This document shows, piece after piece, positions 38,936 through 49,489 of a stretch of 64,000 bases of DNA. The notes beneath the pieces were generated by a model. The model was not told where the DNA came from and searched no databases. It saw nothing but the letters and a program-made list of their open reading frames with translations. Position numbers and translations under genes: made by a program. Where the stretch lies: contig QOQV01000001.1 of the NCBI GenBank assembly GCA_003327435.1, positions 399,917 to 463,916 of the forward strand, read 5' to 3'. Source of the DNA: Ignavibacteriota bacterium. GTDB lineage: Bacteria; Bacteroidota; Ignavibacteria; UBA10030; BY39. How positions within the stretch are numbered: the stretch's first letter is position 1; each line of letters starts with the position of its first letter.

Positions 38936-39808
38936 TCAACATTTCTCGTTTTTTAAAATTATTTTTTCCGCATGATACGAAGAACGAACCAATGGTCCAG
39001 ATTCAATCTGTAAAAATCCCAAGCTATCACCAAACTCTTTATATTTTTTAAATTGATCGGGATGAACAAACCTCTTAACTGGTAAGTGTTCTCTGGTTGG
39101 TTGAAGGTATTGTCCAATAGTGACTATATCACATCCTGAATTTTTTAAATCGTTCAACACTTCAAAAACTTCATCATCATTTTCACCAAGCCCAACCATT
39201 AATCCCGACTTTGTAATGAATCCTCTTTTTTTAGCACGAGTTAATAGCTGCAATGACCGTTCATATTTTGCCTGGGGTCTAACAATTGGATACAATCGCG
39301 GAACAGTTTCAATATTATGATTTAAAACATCAGGAAAAGAATCAAGTAGAATGTTAAGTGCAAATTCGTCTCCTTTAAAGTCAGGAATTAGTACTTCAAC
39401 TTTGCATTCAGGATTTAGTTTCCGAATCTGTCTGACTGTTTCAGCAAATATTGATGCCCCGCCATCAAAAAGCTCATCACGATTCACTGAAGTTACAACA
39501 GCATATTTAAGTTTCATCATCCTTACAGCATTTGCAACTCGTAATGGTTCTTGGGCATCGATCTCAGTTGGCATTCCAGTCTTCACTGCACAGAATCCAC
39601 AACTGCGTGTACAAATATCACCTAATATCATAAAAGTTGCAGTACCACTATTCCAGCATTCGCCCATATTAGGACACCTGGCTTCTGAACAGACAGTATG
39701 AAGCCGTTGCTTTTCAATGATGGATTTTACATCGCTAAAATTTTGACCCTGTGGTATTCTTACTTTCAACCAATCAGGTCGTTTTATGTTGTTTTCTTCC
39801 TTATACAA
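38936..39808 (-). CDS. lipA: Lipoyl synthase
   Basis: TVCSEARCPNMGECW, CTRSCGFC (radical SAM), VRSSYHA. Confidence 0.97.
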   Translation of the reverse strand: MYKEENNIKRPDWLKVRIPQGQNFSDVKSIIEKQRLHTVCSEARCPNMGECWNSGTATFMILGDICTRSCGFCAVKTGMPTEIDAQEPLRVANAVRMMKLKYAVVTSVNRDELFDGGASIFAETVRQIRKLNPECKVEVLIPDFKGDEFALNILLDSFPDVLNHNIETVPRLYPIVRPQAKYERSLQLLTRAKKRGFITKSGLMVGLGENDDEVFEVLNDLKNSGCDIVTIGQYLQPTREHLPVKRFVHPDQFKKYKEFGDSLGFLQIESGPLVRSSYHAEKIILKNEKC

Positions 39809-39815
39809 ATATTCC

Positions 39816-41102
39816 TCAGCTTATTTCTTTAAATTCTTCAAGATATTTGACCACCCTCTCAAGAAACATACCACCAAGTGCACCATCTATTATTCTATGA
39901 TCAAATGAAAGTGTCAGATACGATATGGATCTTATAGCAATAGCATCATTGATCACGACAGGTTGTTTTTTAATTGCACCAATTCCAAGAATTGCAACAT
40001 TAGGTTGGTTGATTATTGGAATTCCTATAATATTTCCAAACACACCATAATTTGTAAATGTAAATGTTGCACCTTCAATATCTGCTGGGGTTAGGCGTTT
40101 ACTTCTGGTACGTACAGCGAGATCATTTATAGAACGGGCTAATCCGATAAAGTTTTTTTCATCTGCATTTTTAATAACTGGGACAATAAGCCCTTGATCG
40201 GATGCGACAGCCATACCAAGATTTATAAACTTCTTTACAATTATTTTATCACCCTCAACTGAACTATTGATTAGAGGAAATTCTTTCAGAGCCTTAACAA
40301 TAGCGTTAGCAATAAATGGTGTGTAAGTTAATTTAAAACCTTCGTTCCGTTCAAATTCTTCCGCATATTTATCTCGGTAATTTACAATGTTAGTCATATC
40401 ACAATCTGATATTGCCTGAACATGCGGGGAAACTGCAACACTTTTGACCATATGTTCAGCCATCTTTTGCAAAATATTCGACATCTGCAGGATTTCATAT
40501 TTTGGTGGTGGATATTTTGCAGCTAATTCACCAGCATCAACAATTTTCATCGTGGTTTCAATTTTAGGTGATACAGGTTTTGGTTCTTCCCTTTCAACAG
40601 GAACAGCCTTTACACTTTCTCTTGTTCGGATGTAATTTAGAATATCCTTTTTACTTACTCTTCCACCAATACCAGTTCCATGAATTTTTTCCAACTCTTC
40701 CATGCTGATACCTTCCTGTCGTGCAATGTTGAGTACAAGAGGAGAATAGAAACGGGAGGTTTGCGTTTTTTCAGCTTTTTCTACTTTTGGAGATTCAATT
40801 ATTATTTTTTCTTCCTTCTTTACCTCAGGTTCTGGTGCTTCGGTTTTTGCCGCAACTTCACCCTCGGTTTCAATTTCAGCAATCACAGTTTTGATTGCAA
40901 CTGTTTCTTGTTCTTTAAACAAAATTTTTGTTACTATTCCAGTTGCTGGAGATGGGATTTCTGAATCGACTTTATCCGTGCTAATTTCAAGTAGCGTTTC
41001 ATCCTTCTTAATAGGATCACCAACTTTTTTATACCATTTTACTATTGTGCCCTCGGTTAATGATTCACCGAGTTGAGGCATTATAACTTCTATTTTTGCC
41101 AT
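39816..41102 (-). CDS. Dihydrolipoamide acyltransferase (E2) with one lipoyl domain
   Basis: STDKVDSE lipoyl lysine, SPLV...GTGIGGRV peripheral subunit-binding domain, DHRIIDG. Confidence 0.95.
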   Translation of the reverse strand: MAKIEVIMPQLGESLTEGTIVKWYKKVGDPIKKDETLLEISTDKVDSEIPSPATGIVTKILFKEQETVAIKTVIAEIETEGEVAAKTEAPEPEVKKEEKIIIESPKVEKAEKTQTSRFYSPLVLNIARQEGISMEELEKIHGTGIGGRVSKKDILNYIRTRESVKAVPVEREEPKPVSPKIETTMKIVDAGELAAKYPPPKYEILQMSNILQKMAEHMVKSVAVSPHVQAISDCDMTNIVNYRDKYAEEFERNEGFKLTYTPFIANAIVKALKEFPLINSSVEGDKIIVKKFINLGMAVASDQGLIVPVIKNADEKNFIGLARSINDLAVRTRSKRLTPADIEGATFTFTNYGVFGNIIGIPIINQPNVAILGIGAIKKQPVVINDAIAIRSISYLTLSFDHRIIDGALGGMFLERVVKYLEEFKEIS

Positions 41103-41117
41103 AAAACATTCTCCATT

Positions 41118-42095
41118 TTAATATTCATTTAACTTTTTTAATGCATTAAAAATTTTATTTTCATCAGGTAAAAAATAATTTTCAAGTGGCGGACTATAAG
41201 GGACAGGAGTATCGAGTGCTGCAACACGCATTATTGGTGCGTCCAAATATTCAAAAATATTTTCAGTAATCAATGCTGAAATTTCAGCACCAATACCACC
41301 AGTAACCGTATCCTCGTGAACTATTAATGCTTTACCTGTCTTTTTGACTGATTTAAATATTGTATCCTTATCCAATGGGATTAGCGATCTTAAATCAACA
41401 ATCTCAGTTTCTGCACCGATTTCTGCATATAGTCGATCAGCAGCTTTTAAAGACCAATGTAACATACTTCCATATGTGATTACTGTCAAATCAACACCAG
41501 ATCTTTTTACGTCAGCTGAACCGATTGGTAAAACATAATCTAAATCAGGCACCTCACCTTTAATGTTACGATAGAGATACTTATGCTCAATATAAAGAAC
41601 TGGATTGGGATCTCTTATAGCAGCTTTTATAAGTCCTTTCGCATCATAGGGAGTTGCTGGTGCAACGATTTTCAATCCCGGAACATGAAAAAACCATGCT
41701 TCTGGATTTAGAGAGTGAAAAGGACCTCCGTGAATTTTTCCACCTGAGGGTAGTCGTACAACAATTGGAAGCGGAATATTCCATCTAAAATAAGTTTTCG
41801 CTGCGTTATTCACTAACTGAGTGAAGGCATTGGTAACAAAATCCGCAAACTGCATTTCAGCAATTGGTTTTAATCCGGCTAAGGCTGCACCTATTGCTGC
41901 ACCTACAATAGCCGATTCAGCTATCACAGTATCAATTACTCTTTTTTCTCCAAATTTTTCAAGAAATCCTTTAGTTGCTTTGAAGGCGCCACCATATGTA
42001 CCAATATCCTCACCTAAAAGAAATACAGATTCATCTCTTTCCATTTCCTCCCACATACCTTTTGAAATCGCTTCTATGTATGATAGAACAGGCAT
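41118..42095 (-). CDS. 2-oxoacid dehydrogenase E1 beta subunit
   Basis: GEDIG, EMQFADF, GPFHS, EHKYLY, DLRSL.PLD. Confidence 0.93.
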   Translation of the reverse strand: MPVLSYIEAISKGMWEEMERDESVFLLGEDIGTYGGAFKATKGFLEKFGEKRVIDTVIAESAIVGAAIGAALAGLKPIAEMQFADFVTNAFTQLVNNAAKTYFRWNIPLPIVVRLPSGGKIHGGPFHSLNPEAWFFHVPGLKIVAPATPYDAKGLIKAAIRDPNPVLYIEHKYLYRNIKGEVPDLDYVLPIGSADVKRSGVDLTVITYGSMLHWSLKAADRLYAEIGAETEIVDLRSLIPLDKDTIFKSVKKTGKALIVHEDTVTGGIGAEISALITENIFEYLDAPIMRVAALDTPVPYSPPLENYFLPDENKIFNALKKLNEY

Positions 42096-43087
42096 TAATT
42101 GATCTCCATAAAAACCTTGAATAAATTTTCAGTTGGAGAAGGATCTGGTGCATTTGTAGCAAAATTCACAGCATCTTCGATTTCAGATTTTATTTTTACA
42201 AGAATTTCTTTTTTAAGAGATTCATTTAAAATATTTTTATCTAATAAAAGCTTCTCAAACTTCTCGATTGGATCTTTTTCCCGCCATTTTTCTAATTCTG
42301 CTTTCGGCACATACCATGCATCATCGTATGCTGCATGGCCTTGCATTCGCATCGTAACAGATTCTATTATTGAAGGTCCTTCACCTCTTCGTGCTCTTTC
42401 AATTGCTTCCTTGCATACACTGTAAACTTCAAGCACATCAGTTCCATCGATCGTCACACCAGGTATTCCATAACCAATTGCACGATCAGAAAATTGTCTG
42501 GCAATTGTCTGCTTATAAACAGGAGTCGAATATGCATATTGGTTATTTTCGATTATAAGGACTAAAGGTAATTTTAAAACAGATGCGAAAGCCAACGCTT
42601 CGTGGAAATCTCCTACATTGCTACCACCTTCGCCTATATAATTTAAAACCACATTATTTTCATTTTTATATTTAATAGCAAGTGCAACACCTGCAGCAAC
42701 TGGAATCATCGCACCAAGATGGCTAATGTTTCCGTAGATTCTGAGTTTTGGGTCTGCATAGTGTCCACTTCCATCTCGACCTTTAGTTGGGCTATCCGCC
42801 TTACCCAGATACTGCAGCATCATAGTCCTAAGATTTTGACCTTTTACAAAATGTGCTCCTGAATCTCGGTGCATTGGAAAAAGGTAGTCAGTTGAAATCA
42901 AAGCATAGGCACTTCCTATCGCTGTGGCTTCATTGCCCATACCACTATACACACCACCTACAATCTTACCCTGCCGATAAAGATTTAAGACACTGTTTTC
43001 AAATTGTCTCATTAAATTCATAAAGTAATACAACTTAATAAAATCTTCATCAGTGAGATTTTGAAGATATATACTCGAAGTTTTCAT
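42095..43087 (-). CDS. 2-oxoacid dehydrogenase E1 alpha subunit
   Basis: YRQGKIVG, GEGG...ENNQYAYS TPP motif, RMQGHA..D, DPI. Confidence 0.92.
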   Translation of the reverse strand: MKTSSIYLQNLTDEDFIKLYYFMNLMRQFENSVLNLYRQGKIVGGVYSGMGNEATAIGSAYALISTDYLFPMHRDSGAHFVKGQNLRTMMLQYLGKADSPTKGRDGSGHYADPKLRIYGNISHLGAMIPVAAGVALAIKYKNENNVVLNYIGEGGSNVGDFHEALAFASVLKLPLVLIIENNQYAYSTPVYKQTIARQFSDRAIGYGIPGVTIDGTDVLEVYSVCKEAIERARRGEGPSIIESVTMRMQGHAAYDDAWYVPKAELEKWREKDPIEKFEKLLLDKNILNESLKKEILVKIKSEIEDAVNFATNAPDPSPTENLFKVFMEIN

Positions 43088-43096
43088 TTTAAACTT

Positions 43097-45163
43097 TTAA
43101 TACTGAGCTAATTTTTCAAGAGCTTGGATAATATTTTCTGTTTGAGGTAACATTGCATACTCGAGTTGTGGTGCATAAGGTACAGGTGTGTCTTTTGCTG
43201 CAACACGCATAATTGGTGCATCAAGATATTCAAATGCTTCGTTACTGATAATAGCTGCAATTTCTCCACCAAACCCACTAAACAGAGTTTCTTCATGTAC
43301 GATTAATACCTTACCTGTTTTCTTAACCGAACTTAATATTGTATCTTTATCAAGTGGATTTAGTGTACGCAAATCTATCACTTCAACACTATAACCTTTT
43401 TCTTCAAGTTTACGGGCTGCTTCCAGTGATCTCTGAACCATCATTCCATATGTAACAATTGAAATATCTTCACCAGATTTTTTTATCTTAGCTAATCCAA
43501 ATGGAATCAAATAATCCTTGTCTGGTTCTGGAGTAGCAGCAAAGCTCTGTCGATACATTCCTTTGTGTTCAAGAAAAAGTACAGGATCTTCACTACGGCA
43601 TGCTGTTTTTAGAAGGCCTTTTGCATCTGCAGCATTTGAAGGAAACACAACTCTTAAGCCAGGAGTATGTGTAAAGAAGGACTCAATGGATTGGCTATGG
43701 TACAAACCTCCATGGATATAACCACCAACTGCAACTCGAATTACCACCGGACACGACCATGTGTTGTTTGATCTATACCTCATCATAGAAAGTTCATCTC
43801 TGATTTGCATAAAAGCAGGCCAGATGTAATCTCCAAACTGGATTTCAACGACAGGTTTCCAACCTCGCAGAGCTAAACCTATTGCCGTACCAACAATACT
43901 TGCTTCAGCAAGTGGGGAATTAAAAACGCGCTCCTTACCAAATTTTGCAGTCAAACCTTTTGTTACAGTAAAAACACCACCTTTATCACCAGCCACATCC
44001 TCACCATAAATCAGCATCTTAGGATTGTATTCCAGTTCTTCTGCTAACGCATGATTGATTGCATCAACCATTACAACATTTGGACCTTCAAAATTTTTTT
44101 CAACAAAATTTTCTTTTGATACGATCTGATTTGGTGAATACACATACAATTCAACAGTTGAAGGATCAGCCTGTGGTTGTGCTTCTGCCCAATCAGCTAC
44201 TTCATTAACTTCTTTTGCGATTAATTCCTTTAGTTCTTCCAATTGTTCCTGTGTTGAAAATTTATTTTCAATCAGAAATTTTTCAAACTTCGGAATCGGA
44301 TCCCGTAACTTATCCTTCTCGAGTTCTTCTTGTGATCTGTATTTTCTCTGATCATCTGAAGAAGAATGTGGAAATAGGCGAACTACATCTGATTCGATTA
44401 GGGCTGGACCTTTTCCGCTTCGTGCTTTTGATATTGCATCTTTGGCAGCTTTATAAACCTCAAAAAAGTCGGTGCCATCAACAAAATATCTGTTTAATCC
44501 TTTAAATCCTTCCGTAAGTGTATATATTGAGCCGGTAGCTATCTGTTCTTCGAGAGGGACTGAAATTGCGTACTTATTATTTTGAATATGAAAAATAACT
44601 GGAAATTTTTCTCTTGTTGACCAATTAAGGGCTTCCCAGAACTCACCTTCACTTGTTGTACCTTCCCCAGAGGAAACATACACGACTTCATCAGTACCTT
44701 CCTTAACAGCACCCATAGCCGTACCAACTGCCTGTAAAAATTGTGTGCCGGTACAACTGGACTGAGAAGGAATTCGCAACTTCTTATTTCCGTAATGGCA
44801 GGGCATAGCTCTACCACCTGAGCTTGGACCAGCAGCACGATGCAAAGCTTCCAATAAAATTCCTTGAGGTGTTTCTCCAAAAGCTAATGCAAATGCGATA
44901 TCACGATAATAAGGATACGCCCAATCAACGCCTTGTTTCATTGCTTTTGCTATTGCAACTTGTGCAGCTTCATGTCCAGGTGCCCCAATGTGAAAGAACT
45001 GTTTACCCTGTTTCAAAAATGTTATTTGCTTTTCATCAAGTTTACGAGATAAGAACATCAAACGATAAATTTCGATCAAATCACTTTGAGTGAGATCAAG
45101 CATAATATTTGAATCTATACCATTATTTTTAATCTTTGATTCTATTGTTTTACTTGTGACCAT
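43097..45163 (-). CDS. Fused 2-oxoacid dehydrogenase E1 alpha/beta (branched-chain type)
   Basis: GHEAAQ, PYYRD, GEGTTSEG...NNKYAIS, HSSSDD followed by a beta domain (GEDV, EIQFGDY, YHSQS). Confidence 0.92.
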   Translation of the reverse strand: MVTSKTIESKIKNNGIDSNIMLDLTQSDLIEIYRLMFLSRKLDEKQITFLKQGKQFFHIGAPGHEAAQVAIAKAMKQGVDWAYPYYRDIAFALAFGETPQGILLEALHRAAGPSSGGRAMPCHYGNKKLRIPSQSSCTGTQFLQAVGTAMGAVKEGTDEVVYVSSGEGTTSEGEFWEALNWSTREKFPVIFHIQNNKYAISVPLEEQIATGSIYTLTEGFKGLNRYFVDGTDFFEVYKAAKDAISKARSGKGPALIESDVVRLFPHSSSDDQRKYRSQEELEKDKLRDPIPKFEKFLIENKFSTQEQLEELKELIAKEVNEVADWAEAQPQADPSTVELYVYSPNQIVSKENFVEKNFEGPNVVMVDAINHALAEELEYNPKMLIYGEDVAGDKGGVFTVTKGLTAKFGKERVFNSPLAEASIVGTAIGLALRGWKPVVEIQFGDYIWPAFMQIRDELSMMRYRSNNTWSCPVVIRVAVGGYIHGGLYHSQSIESFFTHTPGLRVVFPSNAADAKGLLKTACRSEDPVLFLEHKGMYRQSFAATPEPDKDYLIPFGLAKIKKSGEDISIVTYGMMVQRSLEAARKLEEKGYSVEVIDLRTLNPLDKDTILSSVKKTGKVLIVHEETLFSGFGGEIAAIISNEAFEYLDAPIMRVAAKDTPVPYAPQLEYAMLPQTENIIQALEKLAQY

Positions 45164-45864
45164 TCATCATTCCTTATATTTATTTTATTAATCAGGTTAA
45201 TAAAATCTTTGTCATTTAAGTAACTAATTTTACAATTAAAAACTAGTTCAAAATTTTTTAATAACTTGCTAACAACATCTATCATATTAATTTCACGATT
45301 CAATAATGATTGCATTGATGTTACACCTTTATGGAAAATACCACAAGGTATAATTCTATCGAAGTATGACAAATCAGTATTAACATTTAAAGCAAATCCA
45401 TGCATGGTAATCCATCTGTAAACTTTTACTCCAATAGCTGCAATTTTGTTATTGTTAATCCAGACACCAGTAAAATTTGGATCATGTTTTGCGATAATGT
45501 TAAAATCTTTAAGTGTTAAAATTATTATTTGCTCAAGATCCCTTAAATAGCGATGAATATCAAGATAATACCTGTTTAAATCAATGATTGGATAACCTAC
45601 CAACTGACCTGGACCATGATAGGTAATATCTCCACCACGATCGATAAAAAAAACTTCAATACCCCGTGAACGTAGTTCTTGATTGTTTGCAAGCAGATGG
45701 TTTTCTGAACCAGTTTTCCCGATAGTATAGACATGCTCATGCTCATTTAATAATATTATATCTTTTATATGTTTTTTCTCTATCAGAGATAATAATTCTT
45801 TTTGTAATTTCCAGGTGTTTTCAAACTTTGTCCTCCCCAGATATGTAGCAAGTACTTCGTTCAT
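45142..45864 (-). CDS. lipB: Octanoyltransferase LipB
   Basis: EHEHVYTIG, DRGGDITYHGPGQLVGY, KIAAIG, HGFALN, IIPCG; ATG at 45864. Confidence 0.95.
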   Translation of the reverse strand: MNEVLATYLGRTKFENTWKLQKELLSLIEKKHIKDIILLNEHEHVYTIGKTGSENHLLANNQELRSRGIEVFFIDRGGDITYHGPGQLVGYPIIDLNRYYLDIHRYLRDLEQIIILTLKDFNIIAKHDPNFTGVWINNNKIAAIGVKVYRWITMHGFALNVNTDLSYFDRIIPCGIFHKGVTSMQSLLNREINMIDVVSKLLKNFELVFNCKISYLNDKDFINLINKINIRNDEWSQVKQ

Positions 45865-45865
45865 T

Positions 45866-47260
45866 TTAAATATGTATTGCTTCACCAAATGCGTCTGCTG
45901 CCGCTTCCATTACTGCTTCGGAAAGTGTGGGATGTGCATGAATTGTTTTCATTATTTCTTGTGCTGTTGTACCAAGAGTTCTTGCAACTCCAAGTTCAGC
46001 AATCATTTCTGTAGCATCACTACCAAGTATATGTGCACCTAATAATTCACCATATTTCTCATCAAAAATTAATTTTACCAGCCCATCTGTTTCACCAATT
46101 GCTCTGGCTTTTCCACTTGCAGTAAATGGAAACCTGCCTATTTTCAATTTAAAACCACGCTTGTTTGCCTCTTCTTCGGTGAGTCCAATACTTGCGACCT
46201 GAGGTTGGCAATATGTACATCCAGGTACATTATCGTAATCGACAACAGGTGGGTTTTTTCCTGCTATTGCTTCAACACAGGTAATTCCCTCAGCAGAAGC
46301 AACATGAGCCAGCAATGGCGGACCAATAACATCACCTATTGCATATATACCTTGTATATTGGTTCGATAGTATTCATCGACTTTAATAAAGCTTTTCTCA
46401 TAACGAATACCAATCTCATCCAGTCCAATATTCTCTACATTTCCCTGCACACCGATTGCCATCAAGGCTAGATCTCCTTCAACTTCATTTTGTTTTCCAT
46501 CAGAAGAAAGTGAAATCCTTACTTTATCACCAACAGAAGCTTTTTCTACTTTACTATTTGTTAAAATCTCAATACCAGATTTCTTAAAGATGCTTTCTAA
46601 TAATTTGGTAATTTCTTTATCCTCTATTGGTAAGATAGATGGCATCATTTCTATAAGTGTAACTTTTGTACCGAATGTATTATAAAAATACGCAAATTCA
46701 ACTCCGATAGCTCCAGCTCCAATTATCAACATACTTTTGGGAGGTTCGGTTAGCAACATTGCTTCTGTGGAAGTGATAATTTTTTTCCCGTCAATATTAA
46801 TTCCCGGAATCGTTCTTGGTCTAGCACCAGTAGCAATTATGATATGTTTTGCGGTAACTACTTCAGTGATTTTCCCTTCTTTCGAAACTTCAATTTTACC
46901 ATTAGAAATAATTTTGCCAAATCCGGATATGTGATTAATTTTATTTTTTTTAAAAAGATATTCTATACCTTTTGAATTTCTATGGGCAACATCGCGACTT
47001 CTCTTAATAATTTTCTTAAAATCGAATTTGATATTGTCCAAGTTAATTCCGAATTCTTCGGAATGTTTTATATGGTTATATATTTCAGCATTTTTTAGCA
47101 GGGCTTTTGTCGGGATACATCCCCAATTTAAGCAAACACCTCCGAGTTTATCTTTCTCAATTACGGTAACTTTAAAACCAAGCTGTGCAGCCCGAATTGC
47201 AGCAACATAACCACCTGGTCCACCACCTAAAATTGCAATATCATAATTTTTATCTTCCAT
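45866..47260 (-). CDS. lpdA: Dihydrolipoamide dehydrogenase (E3)
   Basis: GGGPGGY, GGVCLNWGCIP, HAHPTLSE. Confidence 0.97.
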   Translation of the reverse strand: MEDKNYDIAILGGGPGGYVAAIRAAQLGFKVTVIEKDKLGGVCLNWGCIPTKALLKNAEIYNHIKHSEEFGINLDNIKFDFKKIIKRSRDVAHRNSKGIEYLFKKNKINHISGFGKIISNGKIEVSKEGKITEVVTAKHIIIATGARPRTIPGINIDGKKIITSTEAMLLTEPPKSMLIIGAGAIGVEFAYFYNTFGTKVTLIEMMPSILPIEDKEITKLLESIFKKSGIEILTNSKVEKASVGDKVRISLSSDGKQNEVEGDLALMAIGVQGNVENIGLDEIGIRYEKSFIKVDEYYRTNIQGIYAIGDVIGPPLLAHVASAEGITCVEAIAGKNPPVVDYDNVPGCTYCQPQVASIGLTEEEANKRGFKLKIGRFPFTASGKARAIGETDGLVKLIFDEKYGELLGAHILGSDATEMIAELGVARTLGTTAQEIMKTIHAHPTLSEAVMEAAADAFGEAIHI

Positions 47261-47426
47261 ATTCAATTTCTCTATATTAATTTTCAGAATATTCTAATTT
47301 AAGAACCTATAAAAATCTAAATTGATCATTTAGATATAATACTTTTTATGAATATAAAAAAACCGATTCTGAAATGCAAAGATTGAAATTCATAAAAAAT
47401 TATTTTATCTTTAGAGAAAAATTAAT

Positions 47427-48719
47427 ATGGAAAACAAAAAATCTTTTCATGATACCATTAAAACATTTCCAGGTGTATATTGGTTAGTAATTATTTTCGA
47501 GTTTTTTGAAAGAGGCTCATACTATGGTATGATGAGTATTCTTTCAGTTTATTTCACCGATCAGCTCGGCTATAGTAAAGAAAGTGTTGGTGTTATCAAA
47601 AGTACAATTCAACCATTATTATATATCTTACCAATTCTTGCGGGTGCAATTGGAGATAGATTTGGATACAGAAAAACCTTAATGTTCGCATTTTCTTTTT
47701 TAGGGTTGGGTTATTTCCTAACCAGTCAGATGACAGATTACGCATTGGTATTTGGTAGTTTAGTTATTATGGGTATTGGTGCAGGTGCATTTAAACCAAT
47801 TATATCCGGAACAATAGCCAGAATTACAACTGAGCAAAATAGCACTTTAGGTTTTGGAATTTATTACTGGTCGATAAACTTAGGCGCCTTCCTTTTCCCC
47901 TTAATACTGGTTCCATACTTAAAAAACAACTTTGGATGGAATTATGTAATACTAGCATCTGCAGTTTTTACAGCTGCAATGTTAGTTCCAACTTTTATTT
48001 GGTATAAGGAACCACCCAAACCAGCTAGTACTAAAAATTTCTTGCAAGTTCTCAAGGATATGGTAATGGTTCTTACCGACTTTAAATTTATCGGTTTGAT
48101 TGTCATTTATTCAGGATTCTGGATACTTTATTTCCAGATGTTTGATTCAGTGTTATGGTACGTTAAAGATTATGTAGATGCGACAAAATTAAACAATTTC
48201 ATAAACACGGTCCTGCAAGCATTTGGAATTAACCTTAACTGGAGATTCGATATCGAACATGTAACGGTGATAAATGCTGGAACTATTATTTTTCTTCAAA
48301 TGATTGTGTCAAATATCGTAAAAAATACAAAAGCATTACCAACAATGATTGCTGGAATATCAATGGGCACAATCGGTATGGCAATTCTGGCAATTTCAAC
48401 AGATATCTGGGTATTTATCATTGGTATTATGATTTTTTCAATTGGAGAAATGACCGCACATCCTAAATTCATCAGTTATGTTGGTTTAATAGCACCTCCG
48501 GATAAAAAAGCGACATATCTCGGTTATGCATTTTTATACGGCGTTATAGGTTCTTCCATCGGTGGAATCTTAGGAGCAAATATGTATGTGCATTTTGTAG
48601 ATAATTTAAAAGACCCCAAAACACTCTGGATACTATTTAGCTTGATTGGTGTTATAACAATTATTGGTTTATTATTATACAATAAATTTATCTCTCCAAA
48701 ATTGGGACACAGTCATTAA
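47427..48719 (+). CDS. MFS transporter, POT/PTR peptide-transporter-like
   Basis: EFFER.SYYG (ExxER), G.IGDRFG, FKP, YY.SINLG; about 12 TMs. Confidence 0.85.
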   Translation: MENKKSFHDTIKTFPGVYWLVIIFEFFERGSYYGMMSILSVYFTDQLGYSKESVGVIKSTIQPLLYILPILAGAIGDRFGYRKTLMFAFSFLGLGYFLTSQMTDYALVFGSLVIMGIGAGAFKPIISGTIARITTEQNSTLGFGIYYWSINLGAFLFPLILVPYLKNNFGWNYVILASAVFTAAMLVPTFIWYKEPPKPASTKNFLQVLKDMVMVLTDFKFIGLIVIYSGFWILYFQMFDSVLWYVKDYVDATKLNNFINTVLQAFGINLNWRFDIEHVTVINAGTIIFLQMIVSNIVKNTKALPTMIAGISMGTIGMAILAISTDIWVFIIGIMIFSIGEMTAHPKFISYVGLIAPPDKKATYLGYAFLYGVIGSSIGGILGANMYVHFVDNLKDPKTLWILFSLIGVITIIGLLLYNKFISPKLGHSH

Positions 48720-48778
48720 GGCCGATACCAAATGGCGTGTTACAACACATTTGCCTTATTTGAAATTTTTTCGTACCT

Positions 48779-48801
48779 TTATTTAGAATCATTCTAAATA
48801 A
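48779..48801. promoter_or_regulatory. Fur-family operator upstream of fur-feoAB
   Basis: Perfect 11-1-11 palindrome TTATTTAGAAT-C-ATTCTAAATAA, 8 nt before the fur ATG. Confidence 0.8.
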
Positions 48802-48809
48802 GTTATATT

Positions 48810-49256
48810 ATGAATACTCCAATAGAATTTGAAATACTTAAAAAACATTTAAAAGAAAGAAATCTAAGATATACTCGTGAGAGGGAAAAAATTCTCAAAT
48901 CAGTCCTCTTTATGAAAGACCACTTCAATGCTGAAGAACTCTACATAACACTTAAAAAACAATACAAAAATGTTGCTTTAGCAACTGTATATAATACACT
49001 GGAATTATTAACTGATTGCGGAATATTAAACCGTTATCGATTTGGAACAGATCATTATAGGTACGAAAAAACTTTAGACAAACCCAGTCACTATCACCTC
49101 ATATGTTTAAATTGTGGAAAAATCACTGAATTTAATTCCAATGATTTATCACAGATTGAAAATATTATCAGTAAAAAGAGAAATTTTTTTATCAAATATT
49201 CAAGTTTACAGATTTTTGGTATCTGCGATGAATGTCAAGAGGACTCAATAAGATGA
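48810..49256 (+). CDS. Fur-family transcriptional regulator
   Basis: HFNAEELY, ATVYNTL, HYHLICLNCG, CDEC. Confidence 0.93.
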   Translation: MNTPIEFEILKKHLKERNLRYTREREKILKSVLFMKDHFNAEELYITLKKQYKNVALATVYNTLELLTDCGILNRYRFGTDHYRYEKTLDKPSHYHLICLNCGKITEFNSNDLSQIENIISKKRNFFIKYSSLQIFGICDECQEDSIR

Positions 49257-49489
49257 TCGCAAAGAAGAGCTTACAACTTTCAAAATGTAAAAAAGGTGAT
49301 AGATTACAAATTGTTTTTATTCCTGATGGTCTTCAAAGAAGTCAATTAATCAGATTTGGAATAATAGAAGGGGACATAGTTCACTGTTTGGAAAATCTGC
49401 CAGGTGGTACAACAGTCATCCAAAAAAATCGACAGGAAATTGCAATAGGATATAAATTTGCAAACAAGATAATAGTGACGAAAATATAA
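49253..49489 (+). CDS. feoA: Ferrous iron transport protein A
   Basis: ATGA overlap with the Fur-family gene; LIRFGI.EG, EIAIG...A..I SH3-like motif; directly precedes feoB. Confidence 0.85.
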   Translation: MIAKKSLQLSKCKKGDRLQIVFIPDGLQRSQLIRFGIIEGDIVHCLENLPGGTTVIQKNRQEIAIGYKFANKIIVTKI

